From NCBI GenBank assembly GCA_965223265.1, contig OZ244999.1, positions 5,664,001 to 5,728,000 of the forward strand: DNA of 64,000 bases, given 5' to 3'. The stretch's first letter is position 1, and every line of letters starts with the position of its first letter. Shown here in pieces: positions 1 to 9,613 of this stretch. The position numbers were made by a program, and so were the translations under genes. The notes beneath the pieces were generated by a model. It was not told the origin of the DNA. It saw nothing but the letters and a program-made list of their open reading frames with translations, and ran no database searches. This DNA is from Planctomycetota bacterium (GTDB lineage: Bacteria; Planctomycetota; UBA8108; SXIK01).

Positions 1-1
1 C

Positions 2-3000
2 AGCTGGGTCGAGCTGATCGCGATCGGCGGTGATCTCGACCTAGGTGGTCTGATCCTTCAAAGCCGAGGCAGCGTCGACGCCGAGTTCGTCTTCCCGTCT
101 CAGAACCTTCGGGCAGGAGCGTTGATCGTTGTCGACGAAACGACGGCAGGGTTCGAATTCGAGGCTGACAACCGGCTTTTCGTCTTCACCCCAGACCGCC
201 AGAACGTCGTCGCCAGTGTGTCGCTGGACTCTGGCCATCGCGGTCAGCAGACCGAGGCACTTGCAGACACGAGCCGAATGAGCAGCCGCGATGACGTATT
301 CTCCTGGTTCACGCCGATGACGCCGACTCCCGGCGCTGACAACCAAATCGCGCTGAACGACGACATCGTGATCAATGAAATCATGTATCACCCGAAGCCG
401 ACGATCGCTCAGCCGGAACAGACCGAGGACATCCAGATCATGGACTTTGACGCGACATGGAAGTACGACGCGTCAGGGCAAGATCTTGGCACCGCTTGGC
501 GGGAACCAGAGTTCGACGATTCAGCGTGGCCGAGCGGTCAAGGACTCTTTTTCAACGAGACGGCAACGCTTGCAGCCGAGAAGAACACTGAGATCCCTCT
601 AGGCATCGTCACCTATTACTTTCGCACGACGTTTGAATTCTCAAGTGGCGAGGAACGCCGTCTCGTGCTGCAGAGCCTCCACGACGATGGCATCGTCGTC
701 TATCTGAATGGCGCTGAGATTCATCGTTCGAACATGGCCAACGGTCCCGTGGTGTTCGACACGCTGGCATTCCGGAGTGTTGGGAATGCGCGCCCGAGCG
801 ACTTTGAGGAAGTCTCCGCCGAAAACTTGAGAGACGGCACCAACACTCTGGCCGTTGAGATTCACCAGTCGCGCCTGACGAGCAACGACGTCGTTTTCGG
901 ATTGCGAGTTTTCAAGCGGCGAACGGTTGCAGCTGCAATTCCCTTCAGCGAATCAGATCAAGCTTGGATCGAGCTCTACAACCAAGGCGCCTCCCCAGTC
1001 GATCTCTCAGGCTGGGCCCTCGCCGATGGCATCGACTTCGAGTTCCCTACCAACACGCTGATCGGTGCGGGCGAGCACCTGGTTGTCGCCAACGATCGAG
1101 AGCTCGTTGCAGGACTGCATCCCGGTGCACGTGTCGTCGGCAACTTCACAAGACGTCTCTCTCATCGAAGCGACCATGTCACGCTGCGCGACTCGCGGGG
1201 CAATCTTGCGGATTCAGTGACCTACTTCGATAGCGCGCCATGGCCCGCTGGGGCCGATGCCGGCGGCTCCAGCTTGGAACTGATCGACCCACGCGCCGAC
1301 AACGAGAATCCCGGCGCCTGGGCCGCCAGCGACGAGACGAGTCAAACCGGGTGGCGAGAATACTCATACACTCACACCTCCACCCAAGAAGTTGGACCAA
1401 CACGCTGGCGAGAGTTCATCTTCGGCCTCCTCGATGATGGAGAAATCCTCATCGATGATCTCGAAGCGATCGACACCACCGATGGCTCTCAACTCATCGG
1501 AGGTGGAGATTTTGAATTCGAAGAAGGTCTTGGTCCGTGGCGTGCCGTCGGCAATCACCGCGCCAGCCAGGTGATCGAAGACCCAGACGATCCGACCAAC
1601 CGCGTGCTCCATCTCATCGCAACGGGTGGGACGGAGCACATGAGCAACCACCTGGAGGCGACCCTTCCCACTGGAATTCGGCTCACAAGTGGCCGCATCT
1701 ACGTAGTCACCTTTCGCGCCCGGTGGCTCACCGGTTCGAACCAGCTGAATACGCGTTTCTACTTCAATCGCGCCGCACGCACGACAGCGATTGCGGCACC
1801 GACGAGCGGGGGTACTCCTGGACGCGTCAACTCACAGCACGCCCCCAATGTCGGCCCAACGCTTTCGTCACTCAGCCACTCACCCGGTGTCCCCACTGCC
1901 GGGGAGGCCATCAACGTGAGCGTGGCCGCTCACGACCCCGATGGAGTGGCTCGAGCGACACTGTGGTGGACGACCGCGGAAATGCCGTGGCAAACCGTGG
2001 AGATGCTGCGGCCTGGGTCGTCCGCGGTGTACAACGCCGCGATTCCGTCGCAGCCGCCGGGGACGCTCGTCCAGTTCTACGTCGAAGCGGAAGATACTCT
2101 TGGCGAAGCGTCGTTCGCACCCAGCGGCGGACCAGATTCCCGTGCGCTCGTACGTTTCGACGATGGTCGAGCCGCTGACGACGTGCGGCACAACCTCCGC
2201 CTCCTGATGACGCCAGAAGACACTGACGATCTGCACGAATTCTTGAACGTCATGAGCAACGACCGCATTGGCGCCACGCTCGTCTACGACGAGTCCGAAA
2301 TCTTCTACGACGTAGGCGTCCGCCTCAAGGGAAGTGAACGAGGTCGCCCGGTAAGCGCACGCGTGGGTTTCAACGTGCGCCTTCCGGCAGACCATTTGTT
2401 TCGTGGCGTCCACCGCACCATTGCAATCGATCGCTCCGGCGGCTGGAGATTCGGCGGGCCAAGGGGCCAAGACGAAATCCTCATAAAACACATGATCAAC
2501 CACGCCGGCGGCATCCCTGGGATGTACGACGACATGATTCACGTGATAGCCCCTCAATCGGCCCACGACGGATCCGCGCTCCTATTGATGGCTCGCTACC
2601 GGGATGTCTACTTGGATTCGCAGTGGCCGAACGGCGGCGACGGGACAGCCTTTGAATTTGAACTCATCTACTTTCCAACGAGCGAAGCGAACGGCTTCAA
2701 ACGTCCACAGCCCGACGACGTTCTCGGCACAGATCTTGTCGATCGAGGCGATGACAAAGAAGCCTACCGCTGGAACTTTCTCGCCAAGAACAACACACGG
2801 CGAGACGACTATGCATCGCTCATCCGCTTCCTTCGTGCCCTTGGGCAGCCGCAGTCGGTTGTCGAAGAGACCATTACGGAGTTCGTCGACATCGATTCAT
2901 GGATGCGGACCATCGCAATGATCTCGCTGTGCGGTGTCGGTGATACCTACATGTACGGCCTGGAACACAACGGCATCATTTGGATCCGACCCGAGGACGG

Positions 3001-3832
3001 GCGCGCGCTTTATTTTCCTTGGGATCTCGATTTCGCGTTCGTGCAGTCCGCGACGTCACGCCTTCCCGGTGGCGGGCTGTTTGGTTCTAAAGTCGCCAAC
3101 CGGCCACCATTTCGCCGCATTTTGACCCGACAGGCGCTCGAGATCATCGACACCACGTTCAACCCCGAGTACATGCGCCGCTGGATCGATCACTACGGGG
3201 CATTCGAAGGACGCGACTACGGCCCGATCCTGAGCTACATCGCGGAGCGGGGCGATTTCATCAAGCGTTCAGCACCGGAGGTGCTGGAGTTTTCGATCAA
3301 CACCAACGACGGCGAAGACTTCGTCATCGTCAACGTGGACAGCTTCGACCTCGAAGGCGTCGGCTGGGTCGACATCGACACGATCGCGCGGCAAGGCCCT
3401 GCAGGCGAGCCACTCAACGTCGTTTGGACAACCGACACCGAGTGGAAGATCAACGTAGATCTCCCGGTCGGCGACAACGACTTCGACCTCGTCGCACTCG
3501 ACTCTTCTGGCAACCAGGTCGGCTCAGACGCCATCCGCATCACGCGGCTGCCTGACCCGGAATTCATCCGCGGCGACGCAGACCTCGACACGAGAATCGA
3601 CATGTCGGATGCGATTCTCGTTCTCAACTATCTCTTCACCACGAGTGAGCTCGAGTGCGACGAAGCGGCAGACGCAAACGGCGATGACGACATCGACATC
3701 TCCGATCCGATCTTCGTGCTCAATTTCCTCTACGTGTCGGGAAGCCCGCCGGCTGCGCCCTATCCAGAGGCCGACGTTGACGAAGATCGTGAAGACGCAC
3801 TCGATTGCTTGCGCGGCGTCAACAGACCGTAA
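2..3832 (+). CDS. Lamin-tail domain + CotH kinase + C-terminal dockerin-like protein (5' partial)
   Basis: The frame is open from the window start (SWVELIA...). It has LTD motifs (IVINEIMYHP, WIELYNQG, VDLSGW), CotH motifs (VGVRLKGS, HN...FPWDLD) and a dockerin-like end (FIRGDADLD...DMSDA, DAN...DISDP). Confidence 0.88.
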   Translation, partial: SWVELIAIGGDLDLGGLILQSRGSVDAEFVFPSQNLRAGALIVVDETTAGFEFEADNRLFVFTPDRQNVVASVSLDSGHRGQQTEALADTSRMSSRDDVFSWFTPMTPTPGADNQIALNDDIVINEIMYHPKPTIAQPEQTEDIQIMDFDATWKYDASGQDLGTAWREPEFDDSAWPSGQGLFFNETATLAAEKNTEIPLGIVTYYFRTTFEFSSGEERRLVLQSLHDDGIVVYLNGAEIHRSNMANGPVVFDTLAFRSVGNARPSDFEEVSAENLRDGTNTLAVEIHQSRLTSNDVVFGLRVFKRRTVAAAIPFSESDQAWIELYNQGASPVDLSGWALADGIDFEFPTNTLIGAGEHLVVANDRELVAGLHPGARVVGNFTRRLSHRSDHVTLRDSRGNLADSVTYFDSAPWPAGADAGGSSLELIDPRADNENPGAWAASDETSQTGWREYSYTHTSTQEVGPTRWREFIFGLLDDGEILIDDLEAIDTTDGSQLIGGGDFEFEEGLGPWRAVGNHRASQVIEDPDDPTNRVLHLIATGGTEHMSNHLEATLPTGIRLTSGRIYVVTFRARWLTGSNQLNTRFYFNRAARTTAIAAPTSGGTPGRVNSQHAPNVGPTLSSLSHSPGVPTAGEAINVSVAAHDPDGVARATLWWTTAEMPWQTVEMLRPGSSAVYNAAIPSQPPGTLVQFYVEAEDTLGEASFAPSGGPDSRALVRFDDGRAADDVRHNLRLLMTPEDTDDLHEFLNVMSNDRIGATLVYDESEIFYDVGVRLKGSERGRPVSARVGFNVRLPADHLFRGVHRTIAIDRSGGWRFGGPRGQDEILIKHMINHAGGIPGMYDDMIHVIAPQSAHDGSALLLMARYRDVYLDSQWPNGGDGTAFEFELIYFPTSEANGFKRPQPDDVLGTDLVDRGDDKEAYRWNFLAKNNTRRDDYASLIRFLRALGQPQSVVEETITEFVDIDSWMRTIAMISLCGVGDTYMYGLEHNGIIWIRPEDGRALYFPWDLDFAFVQSATSRLPGGGLFGSKVANRPPFRRILTRQALEIIDTTFNPEYMRRWIDHYGAFEGRDYGPILSYIAERGDFIKRSAPEVLEFSINTNDGEDFVIVNVDSFDLEGVGWVDIDTIARQGPAGEPLNVVWTTDTEWKINVDLPVGDNDFDLVALDSSGNQVGSDAIRITRLPDPEFIRGDADLDTRIDMSDAILVLNYLFTTSELECDEAADANGDDDIDISDPIFVLNFLYVSGSPPAAPYPEADVDEDREDALDCLRGVNRP

Positions 3833-3898
3833 GCAGGTGGTGAGTGGAGCCGAGCCAGTTGATCACACTGACTCGGCATCAAATCGGACGCGACGGTT

Positions 3899-4075
3899 TC
3901 AGCGAGAGCAGGTCAGTTCACGCTCGCGCTCTTTCGAACTCGACGCTTTCTTTTTTCCGCGTTCCGGCTGACCGTACCAGTTTTGATCGCTGCTGATGGG
4001 GTCCGCCGACTTGAAGACCTGCGTTAGGCAGGCAATGCCGATCGGCACGAGAATGAGACAGAGTATGTAAGCCAT
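3899..4075 (-). CDS. Small (58 aa) putative membrane protein, not in the ORF track
   Basis: GAGGA-CACC-ATG start. Translation MAYILCLILVPIGIACLTQVFKSAD...ELTCSR* has a hydrophobic N-terminus and a charged tail. Confidence 0.5.
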   Translation of the reverse strand: MAYILCLILVPIGIACLTQVFKSADPISSDQNWYGQPERGKKKASSSKERERELTCSR

Positions 4076-4433
4076 GGTGTCCTCGTCGCCTCGCGATCGC
4101 GGCCTCAGCGCTGCTGAAGCTGCGTAAAAAGATGGTTTGACGATCCCATCCTCGGACGCAGAGCCGCAGCCTCTTCACTCTCGATCGAGAGACCTGCAGT
4201 TATCGGAGCATGAAGAGTTATCGGCTCTCACAGCTGCTCGTCCCGTAGGTGGCGCGATCGTCCCTCACGCCTGGCCTCACGCGCTCAATGGCGCTGCTCA
4301 GGCTCGTGGCGCGAGCAAGAAAGGAGACGCAGGATGTACGGTTTCCGGATAGTATGGATCGCGTCAACGTCTCAGTCGTGCCGCTTTCAAGCCACACGTC
4401 CCTCAAACAGCCGCTGCTCCAGTGCGCTTCTGT

Positions 4434-5282
4434 ATGCTTCGACGACGTCGAGATCGAAAACGCAGCAACAAGCCCGTCTCTTTCCGGCGGGACACAGGCG
4501 CCGTTAAGACTCTGCTCTTGCTTACGATCTTGGCGGGCTGTCGATCCCAAGAGTCGCGACCAGTCAACACTCTCGAGAGCCTCGGGTTGGTAGCCGAGGT
4601 TGAGGATGACGTCTCCACAGATTCGGCCGACACTGGAAGAGTCACCCGAAAAGCCGACCACGAGGCAGCTGACGACGTGCCGGACAAGCCGCGGGCTTCA
4701 GTGGAGGGCGAAGCCGGGCCAGAGGCAGTGACCTCAACTCCACCGCAGGTGGCTCTGCAACGGGATCCACCGCTTGCCGATCACCAAGTCGAGTCGCTTC
4801 ATGTCGTCCAGTTCACTGCGCCACAACCAGAGAACGGGAAGAGTAGGAAAAAGAGAAAGAATCGCCGCAAACGCTCAGAGGTCACGCTAGCGTGGGATCC
4901 GGTAACGCGCAACGCGAAAGGTGAGAAGCTCACCTCAATCCTTGGATACGAAGTCCGGATCAGAACGGCAACGCATTCGACTCGCAAGCGCGTCAAAGGT
5001 AAGACCCAGATAACCGTCAAGCTTCCCAGCGGCCGCTACCGCGTGTCAGTCGTCGCCGTGGGCGTTCGTGGTCTACGGAGCAAACCTTCTGAGGAGAAAG
5101 TCCTCGTCGTGCCAGAGTCTGGCAAAGCAGCCTTCGTCAAGAAGAAGAGTAAAAAGAGTAAGAAGAAGAAAAGGAAGTCGAACAAGAAGAGAGATTCCCG
5201 CAAATCACACCTCGAGAGTCCGACGAACGCTGCCGAGAAATCCTCGCACGCTGCAGCTTCAGTAGCGCCACGTACCATATAG
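4434..5282 (+). CDS. Putative lipoprotein with fibronectin type III domain and Lys-rich tracts
   Basis: Lipobox LLLLTILAGC; FN3-like VTLAWDPV...GYEVR...YRVSVVAV...SKPS; KKKSKKSKKKKRK tail. Start codon uncertain (4422 GTG or 4434 ATG). Confidence 0.65.
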   Translation: MLRRRRDRKRSNKPVSFRRDTGAVKTLLLLTILAGCRSQESRPVNTLESLGLVAEVEDDVSTDSADTGRVTRKADHEAADDVPDKPRASVEGEAGPEAVTSTPPQVALQRDPPLADHQVESLHVVQFTAPQPENGKSRKKRKNRRKRSEVTLAWDPVTRNAKGEKLTSILGYEVRIRTATHSTRKRVKGKTQITVKLPSGRYRVSVVAVGVRGLRSKPSEEKVLVVPESGKAAFVKKKSKKSKKKKRKSNKKRDSRKSHLESPTNAAEKSSHAAASVAPRTI

Positions 5283-5658
5283 CAGTGCGAGTCGCGCTCC
5301 TTGCTCCCTCGCCGCAAAGCGCTCTCTGGCGCCAGGTCGAGTTGAGTCGTCACTGCAAACTGCCACAACGAGTGCCCTCACGCGTGACCCAAAACGATCA
5401 CGATGATGAGAGCCACCCGCCAGACGAACGACGGCGCGGAGGTCCGAGGGGTGGTTGGTCGGTGCGGTGGAGCGCCACACACGTTAACATCCCGCTTCTG
5501 ACTCCAATCACTGCTCCGACACTACGTAGCCACTAGTCCACAGGTCCTCATCGATATGGCCCCGTTCTTCCTTCGTTCTGCTGTGAGCGCTGCTTGGCCT
5601 CGCTCCAGGATCAAGACAGTACGAGCTTCTAATCTAGAGCAATACGACACCTACCGAA

Positions 5659-7584
5659 ATGCTGCTCCTCGCCGCTAGCCTTGCCGTCCTCGCGGCCGGT
5701 CCCCTGGTCTTCGCCCTCGCGCAAGGGCGGACCGCCCCTCTGCGTCTGATCGACGGGTTCGTCTTTGTCGCCATGCCGGGGCTCATCTTTCTTGGCATCG
5801 TCCCTGAGAGCATGGAGAGTGGAGGATTGTGGACCCTCCTGTTCGTGATCGCAGGCTTCCTGGGCCCGACGCTCGTCGAGAGGCACTTTCGTCGTGCAAG
5901 TCGAACAACACACACGGTGTCCGTCTTGCTAGGAATGCTTGCCCTCTGTTTGCATGCGACACTCGATGGCGCATGGCTGCGAGCGCCCGATCCCGGGCAC
6001 GGCGGTCATTCCCATTTCGCAACAGCGATCGTACTGCATCGCCTGCCGCTCAGCTTGACAGTCTGGTGGCTGGTGAGGCCACAGTACGGAGTGCGGGCAG
6101 CGCTTGTGATTCTCGGGCTCGTGACAGTGGGCACAATCATCGGTTACGCGATTGCCCCGACGGTGACGGCAGGATTCTCGACGCGTGGGCTGGCGTGGTT
6201 TCAAGGTCTCGTCGCCGGGTCGTTGGCACACGCCGTTTTTCATCGCCCCCACAGTGCCAAGAGTGGCGAGAAGAGCTGCTGCGCGCCAGAGGAACCGAGC
6301 TGCTGCTCACAAGAAGAGTCAAGCCCCGCGACAATCTCCGAGTCCCACGACCACGACCACGGGCACGAGCACGCCTCGCGGTCGCACTGCCACGAGCCTG
6401 CAGTCGAAACCGCCGCTTGTCACTCCGACGGCGCAGCCGACGAGGGCCGTCAGAACATGTACGATGGAGTCGGGGCACTCTTGGGAGTCGTTCTCCTTGC
6501 TCTCCTGATGGGCGAAGACGCTGTCGGTCACCACGACCACACCGCCGCCGGCGTCATGGACACGTTTCTATCGTTGGCTCTGAAGAGCGCGCCGGCGCTG
6601 GCGCTGGGTTTTCTCATGGCAGGCCTCATGGGGACGTTCCTGCCGATGTCGTCAGTCAACTGGCTGCGACGCGGTGCCCGTTGGACGCGCGCGGCGCGGG
6701 GTGTCATTCTCGGCCTGCCGGTTCCGATCTGCTCGTGCGGAGTGATTCCACTGTACCGCACGTTGATCCAGCGCGGCGCACCACCGACCGCGGCCATGGC
6801 ATTCCTGATCGCCACGCCGGAGCTCGGCATCGACGCGGTGCTTTTGTCGTTCCCCCTTCTCGGCACGTCGATGACGCTCGTACGTGTCGTGGCGGCAGGC
6901 GCCCTTGCGCTCCTTGTCGGCTGGCTTGTCGGTCGCTTCACTCCGGGACACGCTCCTCCTGAAACCTCTGAGACCCATCAGTCGGTGCGACGCCCGCTCG
7001 CGGTGCGACTGGTCGACAGTCTCAAGCTCGGCTTCGGAGAGGTTGTCGATCACACCGGGCCGTGGATTCTGCTCGGGCTTTTCATCGCGGCGATCGCCGC
7101 GCCCATTCTCGACGATGGGTGGCTCACGCGGCTCCCCCGCGGTCTTGACGTCGCCATCTTCGCTTTTCTGGGTGTTCCCATGTACGTCTGCGCCTCCGGG
7201 GCGACCCCGTTCGTTTCGGTACTCTTAGCGAGCGGCGTGTCGCCGGGCGCAGGTCTCGCCTTTCTCCTCACGGGTCCGGCGACGAACGTCACCACGTTCG
7301 GTGTTCTTGGACAGCTGCACGGTCGCCGCGTCGCGGCCGCATTCAGCGCCGCTATGATTGTACTCTCAGTCGCGGCCGGCTTGATCGTCAATCAGCTGCC
7401 GGGTCTCGCAACCACACAGCTGGCGTCGCACAGCCACCATCACGCGACAACAGTCGAGTGGCTATGCCTCTATTTCGTCGGTGCAGTCTTCGTCTGGTCA
7501 CTTGTGCGTCGCGGCCCCCGGCGTTTCACTGCTGCGATCATGGCGTTCGACGAGAGCCTACCGCCGCCGGTGCCGACGCGGTGA
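5659..7584 (+). CDS. Metal permease (ArsP/DUF318, SO_0444-like) with ZIP-like N-terminal half and His/Cys-rich linker
   Basis: C-half has PICSCGVIP, FLIATPELG, PMYVCASGATP and FLLTGPATN. N-half has LHATLDG and VLHRLP. Linker has SCC/SCC and HDHDHGHEH. Confidence 0.85.
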   Translation: MLLLAASLAVLAAGPLVFALAQGRTAPLRLIDGFVFVAMPGLIFLGIVPESMESGGLWTLLFVIAGFLGPTLVERHFRRASRTTHTVSVLLGMLALCLHATLDGAWLRAPDPGHGGHSHFATAIVLHRLPLSLTVWWLVRPQYGVRAALVILGLVTVGTIIGYAIAPTVTAGFSTRGLAWFQGLVAGSLAHAVFHRPHSAKSGEKSCCAPEEPSCCSQEESSPATISESHDHDHGHEHASRSHCHEPAVETAACHSDGAADEGRQNMYDGVGALLGVVLLALLMGEDAVGHHDHTAAGVMDTFLSLALKSAPALALGFLMAGLMGTFLPMSSVNWLRRGARWTRAARGVILGLPVPICSCGVIPLYRTLIQRGAPPTAAMAFLIATPELGIDAVLLSFPLLGTSMTLVRVVAAGALALLVGWLVGRFTPGHAPPETSETHQSVRRPLAVRLVDSLKLGFGEVVDHTGPWILLGLFIAAIAAPILDDGWLTRLPRGLDVAIFAFLGVPMYVCASGATPFVSVLLASGVSPGAGLAFLLTGPATNVTTFGVLGQLHGRRVAAAFSAAMIVLSVAAGLIVNQLPGLATTQLASHSHHHATTVEWLCLYFVGAVFVWSLVRRGPRRFTAAIMAFDESLPPPVPTR

Positions 7585-8018
7585 GCTTTCGGAAAAACCT
7601 GGACCGATTCGAGCGTTCGAAACTCCATCTCCGTCTCTTCTTTTGCCTCGCGCAAGCGGAAGACCAGTGGACGCTCCCGCAACCCAACGCTCGGAACAAG
7701 AAAACGGTAGAGACCTCGACGAACGGAAGAAGGCAAGTCGGATGCCACAGTGATTGTTTTCTTCACTCTCTTCTCTGATCTCCGCGGCCTCTGCGCCTCC
7801 GCGTTCTCTTCGTTTTCTTCTCCGCGGCGCAGTCCATAAAGCAGAGCGCCATCTCAATCATTCGCCGGGGCAGCCCACATTATCTTGATCGAGCGTCTCT
7901 GCGGTCCGACACGACGAACACGACCGAGAGGCCGTGTCGTGTCGTGTCGTCTCGTCTCGTCACGATGCGCTCCTGAGTCCGTTAGCAGCTGGGCCTGAAA
8001 AGGCTCAGCCCGGACGGG

Positions 8019-9113
8019 TCAATCACCCGCGGCGACTATCCCGACATCATCCAGCGTCTCCGCGCTCAGCACCCGATCGAGCCACGCCTCGAGTTCGGGG
8101 AGACCCGAAGTGGTTTCGACCGCTTCCACGACAGCTCCCGGGAGGGTTCCGAAACGCTGTCCAAGCTGCCGAAGAAGCATCCCGCGCAGAGCGATGAGTT
8201 GTCCTTCTTCTCGGCCTTCTTGCCGGCCCTCTTCTCGGCCTTCTTGCCGGCCCTCTTCTCGGCCTTTGGCCATCATAGCTTCTGCGGCAGTCCTTCCCAT
8301 GGCCACGATCTCCTGCTTGTCAATGGGCCTGCGAGCGGAGGTCTCGATCGTCTTCTGGAACCGAGCAAATTCGCCCTCCTCTCGATAATGATAAACCATC
8401 GCATGGACGTACGAAAGAAGCTCACGCCAGCGGTCATGATCGTCAGCGGAGATCGCCTCCAGCTGTTCAACGACGCGTCTGAGCAAAGGCTCAAACACGC
8501 TCGGCTCCGAGAGGCGCTCCTTCAAAAGACCCAAAACCCAGCCCAAAAACCCGCCGCGACGCGTGAGCGTCGCCGCTGAAGTCGCCGGTAAGTTGACGAA
8601 AAGCGACTCGAACTGCGGGATGAACTCCGCGAAGACCCCACCCGACTCCACCAAATCGACCAATGAACCGACTTTGTCCCACCGCTGGACGCCGGTATAG
8701 AAGACGAGCGGTAGGACCGGGGAGAGCAGGCGCTGACGCGAGCGCGGCTTCCGCCGCTCCTCTCGCTGCTGGAGTCTATAGATCTGTAGCATGTATTCAA
8801 GAAGACGCAGTGGCATGGCGCGATCGGGTTCGGACTGATGTTCAATGAGGATATAGACCAAGATCGATCCGCGCCGCCTGTCGGTTCGCTGCCTACCGAA
8901 CGGCGCACGCAGGACCACGTCCGATGCCGCGTGCCTGTAGTCACCGCCGACGAAGTGGGTCTTGAGCAGCCTCAGCCGAGCAAAGTCGATGTGCTCGACG
9001 ATCTCTTCGCCAGTGATCCTCAACAGGTCGCGAACATTCGCCGGCTGCTCGAGGAGCAGCTTGACGCCGTTCTCTGGGAACTGCCGGACAATCTCCTGAA
9101 ATCTTCTCTTCAC
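8019..9113 (-). CDS. Rpn-family recombination-promoting nuclease / Transposase_31 with DUF4351-like tail
   Basis: SDVVLR, YILIEHQS...MPLRLLEYM and PVLPLVFYTG motifs; REEGRQEG repeats; LLRQLGQRFG...LEAWLDRVLSAETLDD tail. Confidence 0.9.
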   Translation of the reverse strand: MKRRFQEIVRQFPENGVKLLLEQPANVRDLLRITGEEIVEHIDFARLRLLKTHFVGGDYRHAASDVVLRAPFGRQRTDRRRGSILVYILIEHQSEPDRAMPLRLLEYMLQIYRLQQREERRKPRSRQRLLSPVLPLVFYTGVQRWDKVGSLVDLVESGGVFAEFIPQFESLFVNLPATSAATLTRRGGFLGWVLGLLKERLSEPSVFEPLLRRVVEQLEAISADDHDRWRELLSYVHAMVYHYREEGEFARFQKTIETSARRPIDKQEIVAMGRTAAEAMMAKGREEGRQEGREEGRQEGREEGQLIALRGMLLRQLGQRFGTLPGAVVEAVETTSGLPELEAWLDRVLSAETLDDVGIVAAGD

Positions 9114-9332
9114 ACGTCTCCTCCTCGCACTCAGCTGGCGGCGTCATCGACGTCAAAGAGGAAACTTCGCAAAGGAGCTGCCAGGCGTACGAGAAAAACC
9201 GAACTCGTTGATCGCAGGGATGTTCCGACGTTCGTGGTGCGGCGGGTGGCCACAGTACCCCCCAACTGTCCGCTCGGATCCGGACAGTGTGTCAGAAACG
9301 AACGATCATGGTCGACCGCGATCGGCTCTAAC

Positions 9333-9468
9333 GGCCTGCCTGAAAAAGTGCTTCGAACTGAAAACTGGTCGGCGTCCAGATCAGCCGCGGCGAACGGCGA
9401 GGCTCGCCGCGGCTGATCTGGGCGTGAAGCGGCCGGTTTCTCAGCCGAATGACTTTTTCAGGCGGGCT
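9333..9468. mobile_element. MITE-like hairpin element (~136 bp)
   Basis: Terminal IRs GGCCTGCCTGAAAAAGT / ACTTTTTCAGGCGGGCT (15/17 match). Internal perfect 18-bp IR at 9376-9393 / 9404-9421. Confidence 0.7.
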
Positions 9469-9613
9469 GCCAAGGCTAAGGCCAGCGGTAGGTTCGAAAT
9501 GGAAGTTTGGTCGGCTGACCTGCGCCGCACGGCAACCCTTTGAGTTACGATGATCTGAGGATTCTCGAGATTCCTTGTCAGAACTCACTCTCGCCCAGCG
9601 AATAGTGGGTGAG

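Noticed and set aside
8019-9113. Rpn gene as an IS element
   Set aside because: No flanking IRs or target duplication around the gene; Rpn proteins are not proven transposases.
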